From a virus (lineage: Duplodnaviria > Caudoviricetes): 64,000 bases of DNA. Below the pieces are notes generated by a model, which saw only the letters and a list, made by a program, of their open reading frames with translations, was not told where the DNA came from and ran no database searches. Made by a program: the position numbers and the translations under genes. Of the stretch, positions 38,027-47,201 are shown one piece after another. The stretch covers positions 8,088-72,087 of IMG/VR virus record IMGVR_UViG_3300044448_008243. The stretch is one strand, 5' to 3'. Every line of letters starts with the position of its first letter. Position 1 is the first letter of the stretch.

Positions 38027-38420
38027 AAAATATTTACCAACCCTCTCAGAGTTAATTGACAGGCTTTCAATTTCTCAACTAAAGGAGGTTTTTATTACAG
38101 ACCATAAAGATGAATATTCCCAAGAAATTGCTGACATAGTACATGATATTCAGCTTTGCTTGGACCAGCAAGACGGCAAGGTTACTGCTGAGACAATAAG
38201 AGCTATCGTGGTTTTATCTCAAATGAATTTACATATCTGGCACAATGAGTCAAATTATCGTAAGGGAATTAAAGATGGCAACAATTTAGAATTAACTCAC
38301 GGACTCAATGGAATTAGAAATACGGCTAAAAATAAAATTCAAGAAATTGTAGGCGGAAGAAAAGATTATAAAGTTGACTGCCTCGCCGCAGATTTTGAAG
38401 ATTGGGAGATTAGCTGGTAA
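38007..38420 (+). CDS. Helical protein of the DUF4254/DUF6165-like type
   Basis: TLSELIDRLSI...NLHIWHNE...NGIRN pattern; island context. Confidence 0.5.
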   Translation: MSNQESRKYLPTLSELIDRLSISQLKEVFITDHKDEYSQEIADIVHDIQLCLDQQDGKVTAETIRAIVVLSQMNLHIWHNESNYRKGIKDGNNLELTHGLNGIRNTAKNKIQEIVGGRKDYKVDCLAADFEDWEISW

Positions 38421-39172
38421 TGAGAGTCTTGGTTGTTGGCGATGCTTGCGAAGATGTATATGTTTACGGACACTGTAAGAGGCTGGCACCCGAAGCACCA
38501 GTTCCAGTATTTGTTAAAGACAAAGAAAAACGAAATGGCGGCATGGCCTTAAATGTATATGAAAATTTGAAATCACTAGGTGTTGAATGCGATATTCTGC
38601 ACAATGAAAAACATATAGAAAAGACCAGATATGTAGAAGAGAAAACGAATCACATATTCATAAGAATTGATTCTGATGAATCAGACATTAAAAGAATTAA
38701 CAAAAAATATTTGACAAAAAAATATCTTTCACAATATGATGCGGTTGTAATATCTGATTATAACAAAGGATTCTTATCTGAAGAGGATATTGAGACAATA
38801 TGTTACAGGCACCCCCTCACATTCATGGATACCAAAAAATCTTTAGGTCGTTGGTGCAAAGATTGTAAATGGATAAAGATAAACGAAATAGAATTTGAAA
38901 AAACTAGTTCAAATCTTTTTGGCTTAGAGCACATATTTGAAGAAAAGCTAATTGTCACACTTGGGGATAAGGGATGTTCTTATAACGGCAAAACATACGA
39001 TGTTCAGAAAGTAGAAATAAAAGATCTGTGTGGCGCAGGAGACACCTTTTTGTCAGGCTTTGTAACAAGGTACTTGCAATCAAAAGACATTGATGAGGCA
39101 TTAAAATTCGCCAATGAGTGTGCTACAATAGTGGTACAACAGAAAGGGGTTAATGTCATCAATGGAATTTAA
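38420..39172 (+). CDS. HldE/RfaE domain I-like heptose kinase (PfkB family)
   Basis: VVGDA..D.Y..G...RLAPEAPVPV, GGMALNV, ISDYNKG and DLCGAGDTF. Confidence 0.92.
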   Translation: MRVLVVGDACEDVYVYGHCKRLAPEAPVPVFVKDKEKRNGGMALNVYENLKSLGVECDILHNEKHIEKTRYVEEKTNHIFIRIDSDESDIKRINKKYLTKKYLSQYDAVVISDYNKGFLSEEDIETICYRHPLTFMDTKKSLGRWCKDCKWIKINEIEFEKTSSNLFGLEHIFEEKLIVTLGDKGCSYNGKTYDVQKVEIKDLCGAGDTFLSGFVTRYLQSKDIDEALKFANECATIVVQQKGVNVINGI

Positions 39173-39452
39173 AGAGTACTATGAATATTATTTGACATTA
39201 CACCAAAACAAGTGGTGTCGCAGACTCCACGCCCTTGGGCAAGCAACAACAATTTCCTTTGTAGTTTTTTGTTTGTTTAATTCTTTCTTTCTTGCTTTGT
39301 TGGCTACCCCTTTTATTATCTATCCATTCGCGTGGTCAGGTCACTTCTTTTTTGAAAAGAATAAGCCAGCAGCTTGGTCCAATCCTGTGTGGGCAAAAGC
39401 TTGTGACTGGGTAATGCTCAAGGACATGATCACAGGGAGGATAAAATTTTAA
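39162..39452 (+). CDS. DUF962/Mpo1-like small membrane protein
   Basis: YYLTLHQN..CRRLHALG, AWSGHFFFEKNKPA and D..M. Confidence 0.85.
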   Translation: MEFKEYYEYYLTLHQNKWCRRLHALGQATTISFVVFCLFNSFFLALLATPFIIYPFAWSGHFFFEKNKPAAWSNPVWAKACDWVMLKDMITGRIKF

Positions 39453-40379
39453 ATGAAAATATTAATAACAGGCGGAGCAGGATATATCGGCAGCGAATTA
39501 GTTGGATATCTCATAGATAAACATCAGGTATATGTTGTTGATAGCTTACTCTATGATAGAACGTCCCTTTTAAGATACGTAAACCATCCCAATTTTCATT
39601 TTGAAAAGGCGGATGTAAGAGACCATTCTGTTTTGGAAAGATATATGAAAGAGTGTGATGTGGTTATTCCACTCGCTGCCTTAGTGGGATTTCCTTTGTG
39701 CGACCAGAGACCCCAAGAAGCTATTGATGTTAACTATGGAGCTTGTGAGTGGGTTGCTAAAAACAAATCTAAAGATCAGATGGTTGTCTATCCCTGTACT
39801 AATTCGGGATATGGGACGAGTGAAAATGGCAAGGTCATTACAGAAGATGACCCCCTAAATCCTATTTCCCTCTATGGGAGAACAAAAGTGGACGCAGAAG
39901 CCATCTTCAGAGAAACTGAAAACTGTACTACATTTAGGTTAGCAACTGTATTTGGTCCATCAACAAGGGCGAGGAGTGACTTGTTGGTAAATAATTTTGT
40001 TTTGAAAGCGATTAGGGACAGGGTACTTGTGCTTTACGAGTGTGAGTTTATGAGAAACTATGTTCACATTTGGGATGTATGTAAGGCGTTCACTCAGGTT
40101 ATTGAAAACTGGGACACATTCAAGAATGATACCTACAATGTTGGTAATGATATTATCAACATGAATAAACTCCAGCTCGCTGAAACTATTAAGAAATATA
40201 CTCCACTAGAAATCATCAAGGCTGAGTTTACTTCAGACCCAGATAAGCGAGATTACATTGTAAGTAGCCAAAAAATCTATGATAAGGGCTATTCCTGCGA
40301 CTATGATTTGGACGACGGAATCAAGCAGATGATTAAAGTTTATAACTTAATTGATGAGCCTTGGTATGCAAACTACTAA
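39453..40379 (+). CDS. NAD-dependent epimerase/dehydratase
   Basis: TGGAGYIG, LAALVG, YGRTK and RLATVFG. Confidence 0.9.
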   Translation: MKILITGGAGYIGSELVGYLIDKHQVYVVDSLLYDRTSLLRYVNHPNFHFEKADVRDHSVLERYMKECDVVIPLAALVGFPLCDQRPQEAIDVNYGACEWVAKNKSKDQMVVYPCTNSGYGTSENGKVITEDDPLNPISLYGRTKVDAEAIFRETENCTTFRLATVFGPSTRARSDLLVNNFVLKAIRDRVLVLYECEFMRNYVHIWDVCKAFTQVIENWDTFKNDTYNVGNDIINMNKLQLAETIKKYTPLEIIKAEFTSDPDKRDYIVSSQKIYDKGYSCDYDLDDGIKQMIKVYNLIDEPWYANY

Positions 40380-40770
40380 CATCTGGGTAAATGGTTGCTT
40401 CGACATTTTACATCGAGGTCATATAGAGCTTTTAAAATTTGCTAAATCTCAAGGAGATACTCTAACCATCGGTATCGACACTGATGAGAGAGTAAAAAGC
40501 TCAAAAGGTCCCAGCAGACCTTTCAATAATACTGAAGACCGAAAAGCTTTCTTGGAGGCAATCAAGTATGTTGACAGAGTTGTGACCTATGGATCTAACG
40601 AAGAGCTAGAAAAACACTTAGTAGACAATAACATCGATGTGATGATCATTGGTTCAGACTGGAAAGGGAAGACCGTTGTAGGAGAAAAACTAGTGAAAAA
40701 AGTAGTTTTTTTTGATAGAATAGGGACATACTCAACAACGAGAATTTTAGAAAATGAAATACGTATTTGA
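40366..40770 (+). CDS. HldE/RfaE domain II-like adenylyl/cytidylyltransferase
   Basis: NGCFDILHRGH, GIDTD, KGPSRP, GSDW and YSTT. Start corrected to 40366. Confidence 0.92.
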   Translation: MQTTNIWVNGCFDILHRGHIELLKFAKSQGDTLTIGIDTDERVKSSKGPSRPFNNTEDRKAFLEAIKYVDRVVTYGSNEELEKHLVDNNIDVMIIGSDWKGKTVVGEKLVKKVVFFDRIGTYSTTRILENEIRI

Positions 40771-41089
40771 CATTGACGGCACAATTTGCGACAAAAATAA
40801 TAACGACGATTATGACAAATCGTATCCGTTTTTAGAGAGAATAAGAAAAATTAATAAACTCTACGATGAGGGGCACTACATAGTATTTTTTACTGCAAGA
40901 GGCATGGGTAGGCACAATAACAATGCGTCATTAGCGATCCGTGACTTTTATTCTTTGACAGAAAAACAACTAAAACATTGGGGTGTTAAGCACCACCAAC
41001 TAATTCTTGGTAAGCCCAGTGGAGATTTATACATAGACGATAAGGGGATTAAAGATGGAGACTTCTTTGCCAATGAACTTCGTCCCTAA
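40754..41089 (+). CDS. Small HAD phosphatase (capsule-biosynthesis phosphatase type)
   Basis: FDIDGTIC, FTARGM, GKP and YIDDK. Confidence 0.88.
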   Translation: MKYVFDIDGTICDKNNNDDYDKSYPFLERIRKINKLYDEGHYIVFFTARGMGRHNNNASLAIRDFYSLTEKQLKHWGVKHHQLILGKPSGDLYIDDKGIKDGDFFANELRP

Positions 41090-41414
41090 AGGATGGGGTT
41101 TTGAAAAGTGGATTGTAAATAATGAAGAATACTGCGGAAAACTGCTTTATTTTGTTAAAGGCAAACGATGCTCTTGGCATTATCACGAATTGAAAGACGA
41201 AGTATTTTACATCCAATCTGGCAAGATCTTAGTCAAGTATTCTGACGGCGATGACATTAATAATGCAAAGGAAAAAATACTTTCTAGAGGAGACAATTTC
41301 CACGTCTATCGCGGTCTAAGGCATCAAATGATTGCCTTGGAAGATACAGAATTATTTGAATTTTCAACACAACACTTTGACAGCGACAGTCACAGGATCC
41401 AAAAAGGTGATTAA
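41073..41414 (+). CDS. Cupin sugar isomerase-like protein (mannose-6-P/D-lyxose isomerase type)
   Basis: KGWGFEKW, SWHYHELKDEVF and RHQM. Start corrected to 41073. Confidence 0.85.
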   Translation: MNFVPKGWGFEKWIVNNEEYCGKLLYFVKGKRCSWHYHELKDEVFYIQSGKILVKYSDGDDINNAKEKILSRGDNFHVYRGLRHQMIALEDTELFEFSTQHFDSDSHRIQKGD

Positions 41415-42371
41415 ATGAAGTTGGTTGTAATCACAGGCTGTTTAGGTTTCATTGGCTCTCATGTAACTAGGAAATGTCTTGATCTGGGATGGAAAGTCTA
41501 CGGAGTTGATAGCATGACATATGCTTCCAATCCTGATTTGATAGACGATTTTTGCTATGAATACCCTGATAATTTCACGTATGTAAACGAAGACATCGCA
41601 GATTTAAAGTATCTACCTGATTGTGATTACATTATTAATACGGCCGCTGAAACCCATGTTGGGAACAGCATTATAGATAGCAAAGACTTTCTAAGGTCCA
41701 ACATTGATGGAGTACAGAACCTACTTGATTTAATAAAGTCAAAACCAAACAATGTTGACAATCGACCGATTTTGTTTCATTTTAGTACAGATGAGGTATA
41801 CGGAGATATTGTAGAGGGAGAACATTACGAAACAGATCACCTAAACCCAAGCAATCCTTATTCCGCTTCCAAAGCAGCTGCTGACATGTTAATTACTGCT
41901 TGGGCGAGAACCTACGGAATAGAATACATTATTTTCCGCCCAACAAATAACTACGGGGAGTATCAATACCCAGAGAAACTTATTCCTTTATCAGTAAAAC
42001 TTTTGCAGCGAGGTAAAAAGATTAGACTTCACAACGAAGGAAAGCCAATTAGGAACTGGCTACATGCCGAAGATACGGCAAGTGCAGTTATAAGTATTAT
42101 AAATAGTGGGAAAACAAACGACATCTACAACGTTGCCGGTGGTTTTGAGCAAGAAAATCGTGAAACAGTGAGGAAAATTATTAAAGCCTATTATGGAACT
42201 GATAAAAACTGGGAACAATATGTTGATTTGGGATATAAAAGACTCGGACAAGACGTAAGGTATGCTCTAAACGATGACAAATTGAGGTCTTTGGGGTGGA
42301 AACCACAAAAAATATTTAACGAAGAGATACAAAAAGTGGTACAATTCTATGTAGATAACTTTAAATGGTAG
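41415..42371 (+). CDS. rfbB: dTDP-glucose 4,6-dehydratase
   Basis: TGCLGFIG, AAETHV, STDEVYG, PYSASK, NNYGEYQYPEKLIP and R.GQDVRY. Confidence 0.92.
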   Translation: MKLVVITGCLGFIGSHVTRKCLDLGWKVYGVDSMTYASNPDLIDDFCYEYPDNFTYVNEDIADLKYLPDCDYIINTAAETHVGNSIIDSKDFLRSNIDGVQNLLDLIKSKPNNVDNRPILFHFSTDEVYGDIVEGEHYETDHLNPSNPYSASKAAADMLITAWARTYGIEYIIFRPTNNYGEYQYPEKLIPLSVKLLQRGKKIRLHNEGKPIRNWLHAEDTASAVISIINSGKTNDIYNVAGGFEQENRETVRKIIKAYYGTDKNWEQYVDLGYKRLGQDVRYALNDDKLRSLGWKPQKIFNEEIQKVVQFYVDNFKW

Positions 42372-42378
42372 GAGAACT

Positions 42379-42582
42379 ATGAAACTTTCAAAACAAGCAA
42401 TGGGATCACTGATGATGGCTCTACAGAAAAGTCTTTTGGAACAAAGCGATATTACAGAAACCCTTCAAAATATGGATTTTGTTCCCGCTGCCGAAGAAGA
42501 AGGCGGAGAAGCAGAACTTTATGTAAAAAATCCACCCTTGGTTAAGTTTAATAATCCAGAAGCTTCACAAGAAGACAAATAA
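42379..42582 (+). CDS. Hypothetical protein
   Basis: AGGAG SD; coupled to the next gene. Confidence 0.7.
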   Translation: MKLSKQAMGSLMMALQKSLLEQSDITETLQNMDFVPAAEEEGGEAELYVKNPPLVKFNNPEASQEDK

Positions 42583-42824
42583 TGCCAAGTTATGTATATG
42601 AGTGCTCAGATTGCAGAGAAATTGTTGAAGTCTATCACTCAATAAAAGAGGAAAAAACCGATTGCGAGATATGCGGAGCAGAAAATACACTAAATAAAAT
42701 ACCAGAGGTGCCAATTTATTTAAAAAATAATGATACTGGTAAAGTTGTTAAGCAACATATCGAGGACGCCAAGCAACAAGTTCGTCAGGACAAGGAAAAA
42801 ATGAAAGAGGACTATACAGGGTGA
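42582..42824 (+). CDS. FmdB-family zinc-ribbon protein
   Basis: MPSYVYECSDC...CEICG. Confidence 0.85.
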   Translation: MPSYVYECSDCREIVEVYHSIKEEKTDCEICGAENTLNKIPEVPIYLKNNDTGKVVKQHIEDAKQQVRQDKEKMKEDYTG

Positions 42825-43123
42825 CGTGGATTATAATCATTTGTGCAATTTCAATAAGCATCAATATTCTACTGATATGGTATATCAGAAAAATGTTATC
42901 AAAATTGCTGTATATTTCAGATAGTATAGGCTCTCTTTTATTGTCGGCTAAGAATTTTTCTAATCATTTAAATGGATTACATGAGATGGAAACTTTCTAT
43001 GGAGACGAAACCCTTGGTGGTTTGATTAAACACTCTAAACAAGTTGTAGAAGACATAAAAGAATTTGAAGACATCTATACTCTAACTAACGATGGCTTGG
43101 AAGAAGATGAAGAACAAGAATAA
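42821..43123 (+). CDS. Single-pass membrane hypothetical protein
   Basis: Hydrophobic N-terminal helix; GTG start. Confidence 0.7.
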   Translation: MTWIIIICAISISINILLIWYIRKMLSKLLYISDSIGSLLLSAKNFSNHLNGLHEMETFYGDETLGGLIKHSKQVVEDIKEFEDIYTLTNDGLEEDEEQE

Positions 43124-43809
43124 TGCCAAAAAAAGCAAAAAAGAAAAATCACTACTTTACGCAAGATCACGAAGATGCAATAGTTAAGTACGCACAAACA
43201 AACGATATTAAGATCCGCACAGACCTATATATCCAATGGATAGAGCCTGCCTTTAATGAGATGGTTGACAAGATCATCTACACTTACAAATTTACAAACC
43301 TTCCAAATATTGATGTTCTAAAAGATGAGTGCAAAATATGGCTAACGACCATTCTGGATAAGTATGACCCCAACAAAGGATCCAAAGCATTTTCATATTT
43401 TTCAGTTATCACCAAAAATTGGTTTATCCACAAAGTAAAAAAAACCACCCTAGAGAACAAAAGAGAGGTACAATTTGATAAAATACCTAAAAACGTGGAA
43501 ATAAGACAATTTACAGTTCAAAACGAATATGAATCAAAAAGAATAGAAAAAGAATTTTGGATGGGATTTTGGCAAGAGGTAAATTCTTGGGAAACATCCA
43601 GCATGAAGCCAAATGAAGAGAAGGTATATGAAGCCATTAGGCTTATCTTTTCAAATCCAGATCAAATAGATATATTCAATAAAAAAGCAATATATTTCTA
43701 CATCCGAGAAATTACTGGTCTCAACACAAAACAGGTAGTTAACAATCTAAATAAGATGCGTGTAAAGTATAGAGTATTTAAAAAGAAGTGGGATAAAGGT
43801 GATTTGTAA
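43123..43809 (+). CDS. Putative phage sigma factor (sigma70 region-2 / gp55-like late sigma)
   Basis: HYFT..HEDAIV.Y and LDKYDPNKGSKAFSYFSVITKN resemble region 2 (F/YDP...F.YF). Confidence 0.6.
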   Translation: MPKKAKKKNHYFTQDHEDAIVKYAQTNDIKIRTDLYIQWIEPAFNEMVDKIIYTYKFTNLPNIDVLKDECKIWLTTILDKYDPNKGSKAFSYFSVITKNWFIHKVKKTTLENKREVQFDKIPKNVEIRQFTVQNEYESKRIEKEFWMGFWQEVNSWETSSMKPNEEKVYEAIRLIFSNPDQIDIFNKKAIYFYIREITGLNTKQVVNNLNKMRVKYRVFKKKWDKGDL

Positions 43810-43826
43810 TACTTTTTTGCTCTTTA

Positions 43827-43834
43827 ACTATTTA
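43827..43834 (+). promoter_or_regulatory. ACTATTTA motif at the head of the baseplate module
   Basis: 8 nt upstream of ATG 43843, which has no SD. Confidence 0.55.
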
Positions 43835-43842
43835 TTTTTGTT

Positions 43843-44133
43843 ATGAAAGACTTAGAATCATATATTGGCGAAGCAATAAAAAATATAAGAAGTGATCGCG
43901 CCATTACAACAACTTTATTGATGGAGTTAATGGAGTATATCAAGAAGGATGAAAACAGAAAAGAGTCTGTTGGCACAATAGCGGCTAAATATGTCGAAAC
44001 ACTACAGAGATCAAATGAGCAGCTTGTAAAAATCAGTGCACTACTTCAAAAAAAATCAGGTGCAGAGCAGGGTCTAACGGACGAAGATAAGAGCGAATTG
44101 TTTGACTTAATAAAGGAGTCCGGAAGTGGCTAG
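43843..44133 (+). CDS. Helical hypothetical protein
   Basis: Amphipathic helices; overlaps the next start. Confidence 0.7.
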   Translation: MKDLESYIGEAIKNIRSDRAITTTLLMELMEYIKKDENRKESVGTIAAKYVETLQRSNEQLVKISALLQKKSGAEQGLTDEDKSELFDLIKESGSG

Positions 44134-46171
44134 TGATAAAAGCGACAAGAGCAAAGGTAACCCGTATGCAAAGATCTTGCAGATTGGTTATGGGGTTTTG
44201 AATCCAGTTTCTGACACCCTTACATCAAAAAATTATGATGGTTCGGACACGACTTGGTTTGATAAAGTTAGAGAAGCCACCACCAGATCTTTTTCGGCAA
44301 ATACCTTTGAAGGCACAGGACCATTCATAGGCATAGTATTGAGGGACGAGGGACTTACAACTATAAACGGAGTTGTAGACCCTTCAAGTTGGGTAGCAGG
44401 TCCTTTTGCACACAGAATAGTTAAGGACGACGATGAAGCAGAAGATGCAGGTGGAATCGATAGATCAAAGCTCGCACAATTACCCGGACTAAGACAATTG
44501 AGGGTGAGAATACCTGAGATACATGCCTCTTTGCCCATCCCGCCTGATCTCCCAAAAAGAAACGAGAGCGCCAATGACAGACAAAAAGAGGCGCACCAAA
44601 TAATAAATTTGTATCCTGTTTTTATCGCACAAAATGCTGCCATATCTTCAACAGAAATAAAACCCGGATCTTTAGTTTGGGTTGATTTCCAAAATAAGAA
44701 CACCTTGACTGGTGGAATATTTTTATCAGAGTTAGATCCAAAGCCAGTAGTGGAAGAAACTAGTGGAAGATCCAGAAGCGCCAGAGCAGCATTATCTAGC
44801 GAAGAATGCATAGATCGAGGGGGGAGTGAAGAAGAATGTTCAATATATACTGCATCTGATGTTGATTACACTAGTGGTGGTTCAACATCAGATTTAGAGC
44901 TGTCAATAGCCAAGCCATTAATTGTACAAGGATCAGGATTTCCTTATGAAGTAATCGACACGTTTAGTCAATCTCTTTCTATTAGGTCAAAACTCCACAC
45001 TCATCCAAAATATGGAACAATGGTTTCTAAGGTCAGAGGATCAGGCTTGAATTCAAAAAGACCATTTTTTTGGTGCTATGGTGTACCTGAGTCCTCCCAA
45101 TTGGAGAGACCGATAGGTTCTGCCGAATCATGCCATAAGTTGATTATCCCCCGCTTCACAGCTTTGTTGGACATGTGGGATGTATACAGAAATAGTGTAT
45201 TGAATGCATCATCTGGTACTGCTGTAGGGGCAGCATCAGGCGATGTAACCTACAGGCAGATGAATGGTAATGATTACAAAAGGAAGAACTGGTCTTCGCG
45301 AACCTATACTCGAACAATGGACGTGACATCTGGCTATAGACGACCGGGAGGTGGCGGATCTTTTCTTGAGGCAGAAAAAATCAAAGATTGGATGATCACA
45401 ACACTGCAAACTAAGGGATATAAAAGCTTGTCGGATGGGGTTCGAAAACGAGCGCTCTTTGGTGCTCATACAGCTGGATTAGCGATTGATCTTGGAGGAA
45501 ATGGAGTCGCCGAGCCCGGAGCCACTATTCATGGTTTTGATAAGACAACCCTAAGCGCCTACAAGAAACAGTTCAAGAGTGACGCTATCGCCCCGAACAA
45601 CAAAAATTGGATTCCTCAATACGCATCTGGGTTCTACATATTCATGCTGAAATATGCTTGGTTATTCGGTTTCAACAATTATAAAGCTGAACCTTGGCAT
45701 TGGGAATTAAGAGTACCCCGACAGGCTTGGAAAAATGTTGAAGAGTATAGTTTCTTCGCTGGTGATAAAAACCCTTACTACGATGCATATTATAATTCTA
45801 AAAAAATTATAACGTCTTTAGGTGAATTTAGGTCTTTACAAGCCAGCGATATTATGAATACAGGCACCATCATCACAGATCCAAAATTAGCAGCAATATA
45901 TAATGCAGAATTGATGCAGATGTTTTATACAGAACAAAAATTCCCATATGCTATAAGCGTAGAGGAAAGGGCAAAAAGCGGAGTATATGCGGGTAAAGAT
46001 ATGGATTTTTTCGGTCGCTATGGTACCCAGCATATAGTGGAAGAGTATTTGGGTCAGCTTGGAAAAAGTACTAGGTTGGGATCCTATAAGGCAAACTCAA
46101 AAACAATAGAAGAGATAAGGGGTCTTCCAACTTCATTTAGTTTTAGGGTTCCGTGGTTTGCATCTAAATAA
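44126..46171 (+). CDS. Baseplate hub-like protein: gp5-type OB-fold N-terminus + peptidase M15 (VanY/endolysin-like) domain
   Basis: FIGIVL...LRVRIPEIH...PGSLVWVDF; then TSGYRR, HTAGLAID (H-x6-D) and EPWH. Confidence 0.7.
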   Translation: MASDKSDKSKGNPYAKILQIGYGVLNPVSDTLTSKNYDGSDTTWFDKVREATTRSFSANTFEGTGPFIGIVLRDEGLTTINGVVDPSSWVAGPFAHRIVKDDDEAEDAGGIDRSKLAQLPGLRQLRVRIPEIHASLPIPPDLPKRNESANDRQKEAHQIINLYPVFIAQNAAISSTEIKPGSLVWVDFQNKNTLTGGIFLSELDPKPVVEETSGRSRSARAALSSEECIDRGGSEEECSIYTASDVDYTSGGSTSDLELSIAKPLIVQGSGFPYEVIDTFSQSLSIRSKLHTHPKYGTMVSKVRGSGLNSKRPFFWCYGVPESSQLERPIGSAESCHKLIIPRFTALLDMWDVYRNSVLNASSGTAVGAASGDVTYRQMNGNDYKRKNWSSRTYTRTMDVTSGYRRPGGGGSFLEAEKIKDWMITTLQTKGYKSLSDGVRKRALFGAHTAGLAIDLGGNGVAEPGATIHGFDKTTLSAYKKQFKSDAIAPNNKNWIPQYASGFYIFMLKYAWLFGFNNYKAEPWHWELRVPRQAWKNVEEYSFFAGDKNPYYDAYYNSKKIITSLGEFRSLQASDIMNTGTIITDPKLAAIYNAELMQMFYTEQKFPYAISVEERAKSGVYAGKDMDFFGRYGTQHIVEEYLGQLGKSTRLGSYKANSKTIEEIRGLPTSFSFRVPWFASK

Positions 46172-46221
46172 TAATTTTTTATTTAAAACATAGATATTTT
46201 AATCTATAATGGTAAGAAGAT

Positions 46222-47193
46222 ATGTCAATTACAGAAGAATATGGAACAGAAAGCAAGAGCGATTACACCAACACTGTAATCAAAAAAAACGATTTAAAAA
46301 ACCTATCAGATGCTGTTAAGAGATCGTGGGATGCTTTAGATGAGGAAACCAGAAAAAGACTAGAGGGCTTTGGTGGTGGAGAAAAAATAGAGCCCATACC
46401 TCAATTGATTACAACTCCTTGCGAAAAAGTATACAGTGGAAAAAATAATACTTGGATTGTTTTAGGTAGAGATAGACCCGGATCTGGAGGCTCTGGTTAT
46501 GGTGGTGATGGCTCAACTAATGCTGGGTGCATTGACATATGTGTTGGTCGCGCTGGTCGCCAAGCCAAGCAAACAGCACCAGACGGAACACCCCTATTTG
46601 TTGACAACGACTTTGTTAATGATGCCGCAAGGATTTATATAAGTCAGAAGACATCAATAGATAGGAACTTTGGTATTGTTCCGGGATGGCAAGGCAGCCC
46701 AACACCAAGATCTGGTATAGGAATTAAGGCAGATCTTGTTAGGATTGTTGCGAGAGAAAATATAAAGCTGGTGACTAGGACGGATGATACAAACTCTCAA
46801 GAGGGAAAAATTGGAACGGTTGGCGGAATTGATTTAATAGCAGGCAACGATGATTCCAAGCTACAGCCACTTGTTTTGGGTAAAAACTTAAGAGAGTGTC
46901 TTTTTTATATCCTACAAGACATATCAAGTTTAACACAAGCTGTTCACGACATGGCTTTAACTCAAATGTCCATAGAGACCGTATTGGCTGGTCATATTCA
47001 CACTGCTGCTGGAGCCGTTACTGCTCCGTCTGCGGAGATGGCAGTAGCAGTCGCGCTTAAATCATTAAAGCAAATAACTTATGATTATCCGGCGCACATA
47101 GCACAGATCATAAATCACATTATGATGAGGTTTAAGTTTATTACTCCTTCTATTGGTAGTTATATTTGTAGCGAAAGAAACAATACAAACTAA
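46222..47193 (+). CDS. gp5 C-terminal-like baseplate central spike protein
   Basis: Short beta-strand repeats (WIVLGRD, ARIYISQK, IGIKADLVRIVARENIKL), then a coiled segment with an HxH motif (GHIH). Confidence 0.65.
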   Translation: MSITEEYGTESKSDYTNTVIKKNDLKNLSDAVKRSWDALDEETRKRLEGFGGGEKIEPIPQLITTPCEKVYSGKNNTWIVLGRDRPGSGGSGYGGDGSTNAGCIDICVGRAGRQAKQTAPDGTPLFVDNDFVNDAARIYISQKTSIDRNFGIVPGWQGSPTPRSGIGIKADLVRIVARENIKLVTRTDDTNSQEGKIGTVGGIDLIAGNDDSKLQPLVLGKNLRECLFYILQDISSLTQAVHDMALTQMSIETVLAGHIHTAAGAVTAPSAEMAVAVALKSLKQITYDYPAHIAQIINHIMMRFKFITPSIGSYICSERNNTN

Positions 47194-47201
47194 GTAAGAT
47201 T

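Noticed and set aside
20105-42371. Host chromosomal O-antigen/capsule locus joined by misassembly
   Set aside because: It is start-stop coupled to phage-type genes at both ends and lacks wzx/wzy/ABC genes. A read-coverage check was not possible, so this is unlikely rather than excluded.
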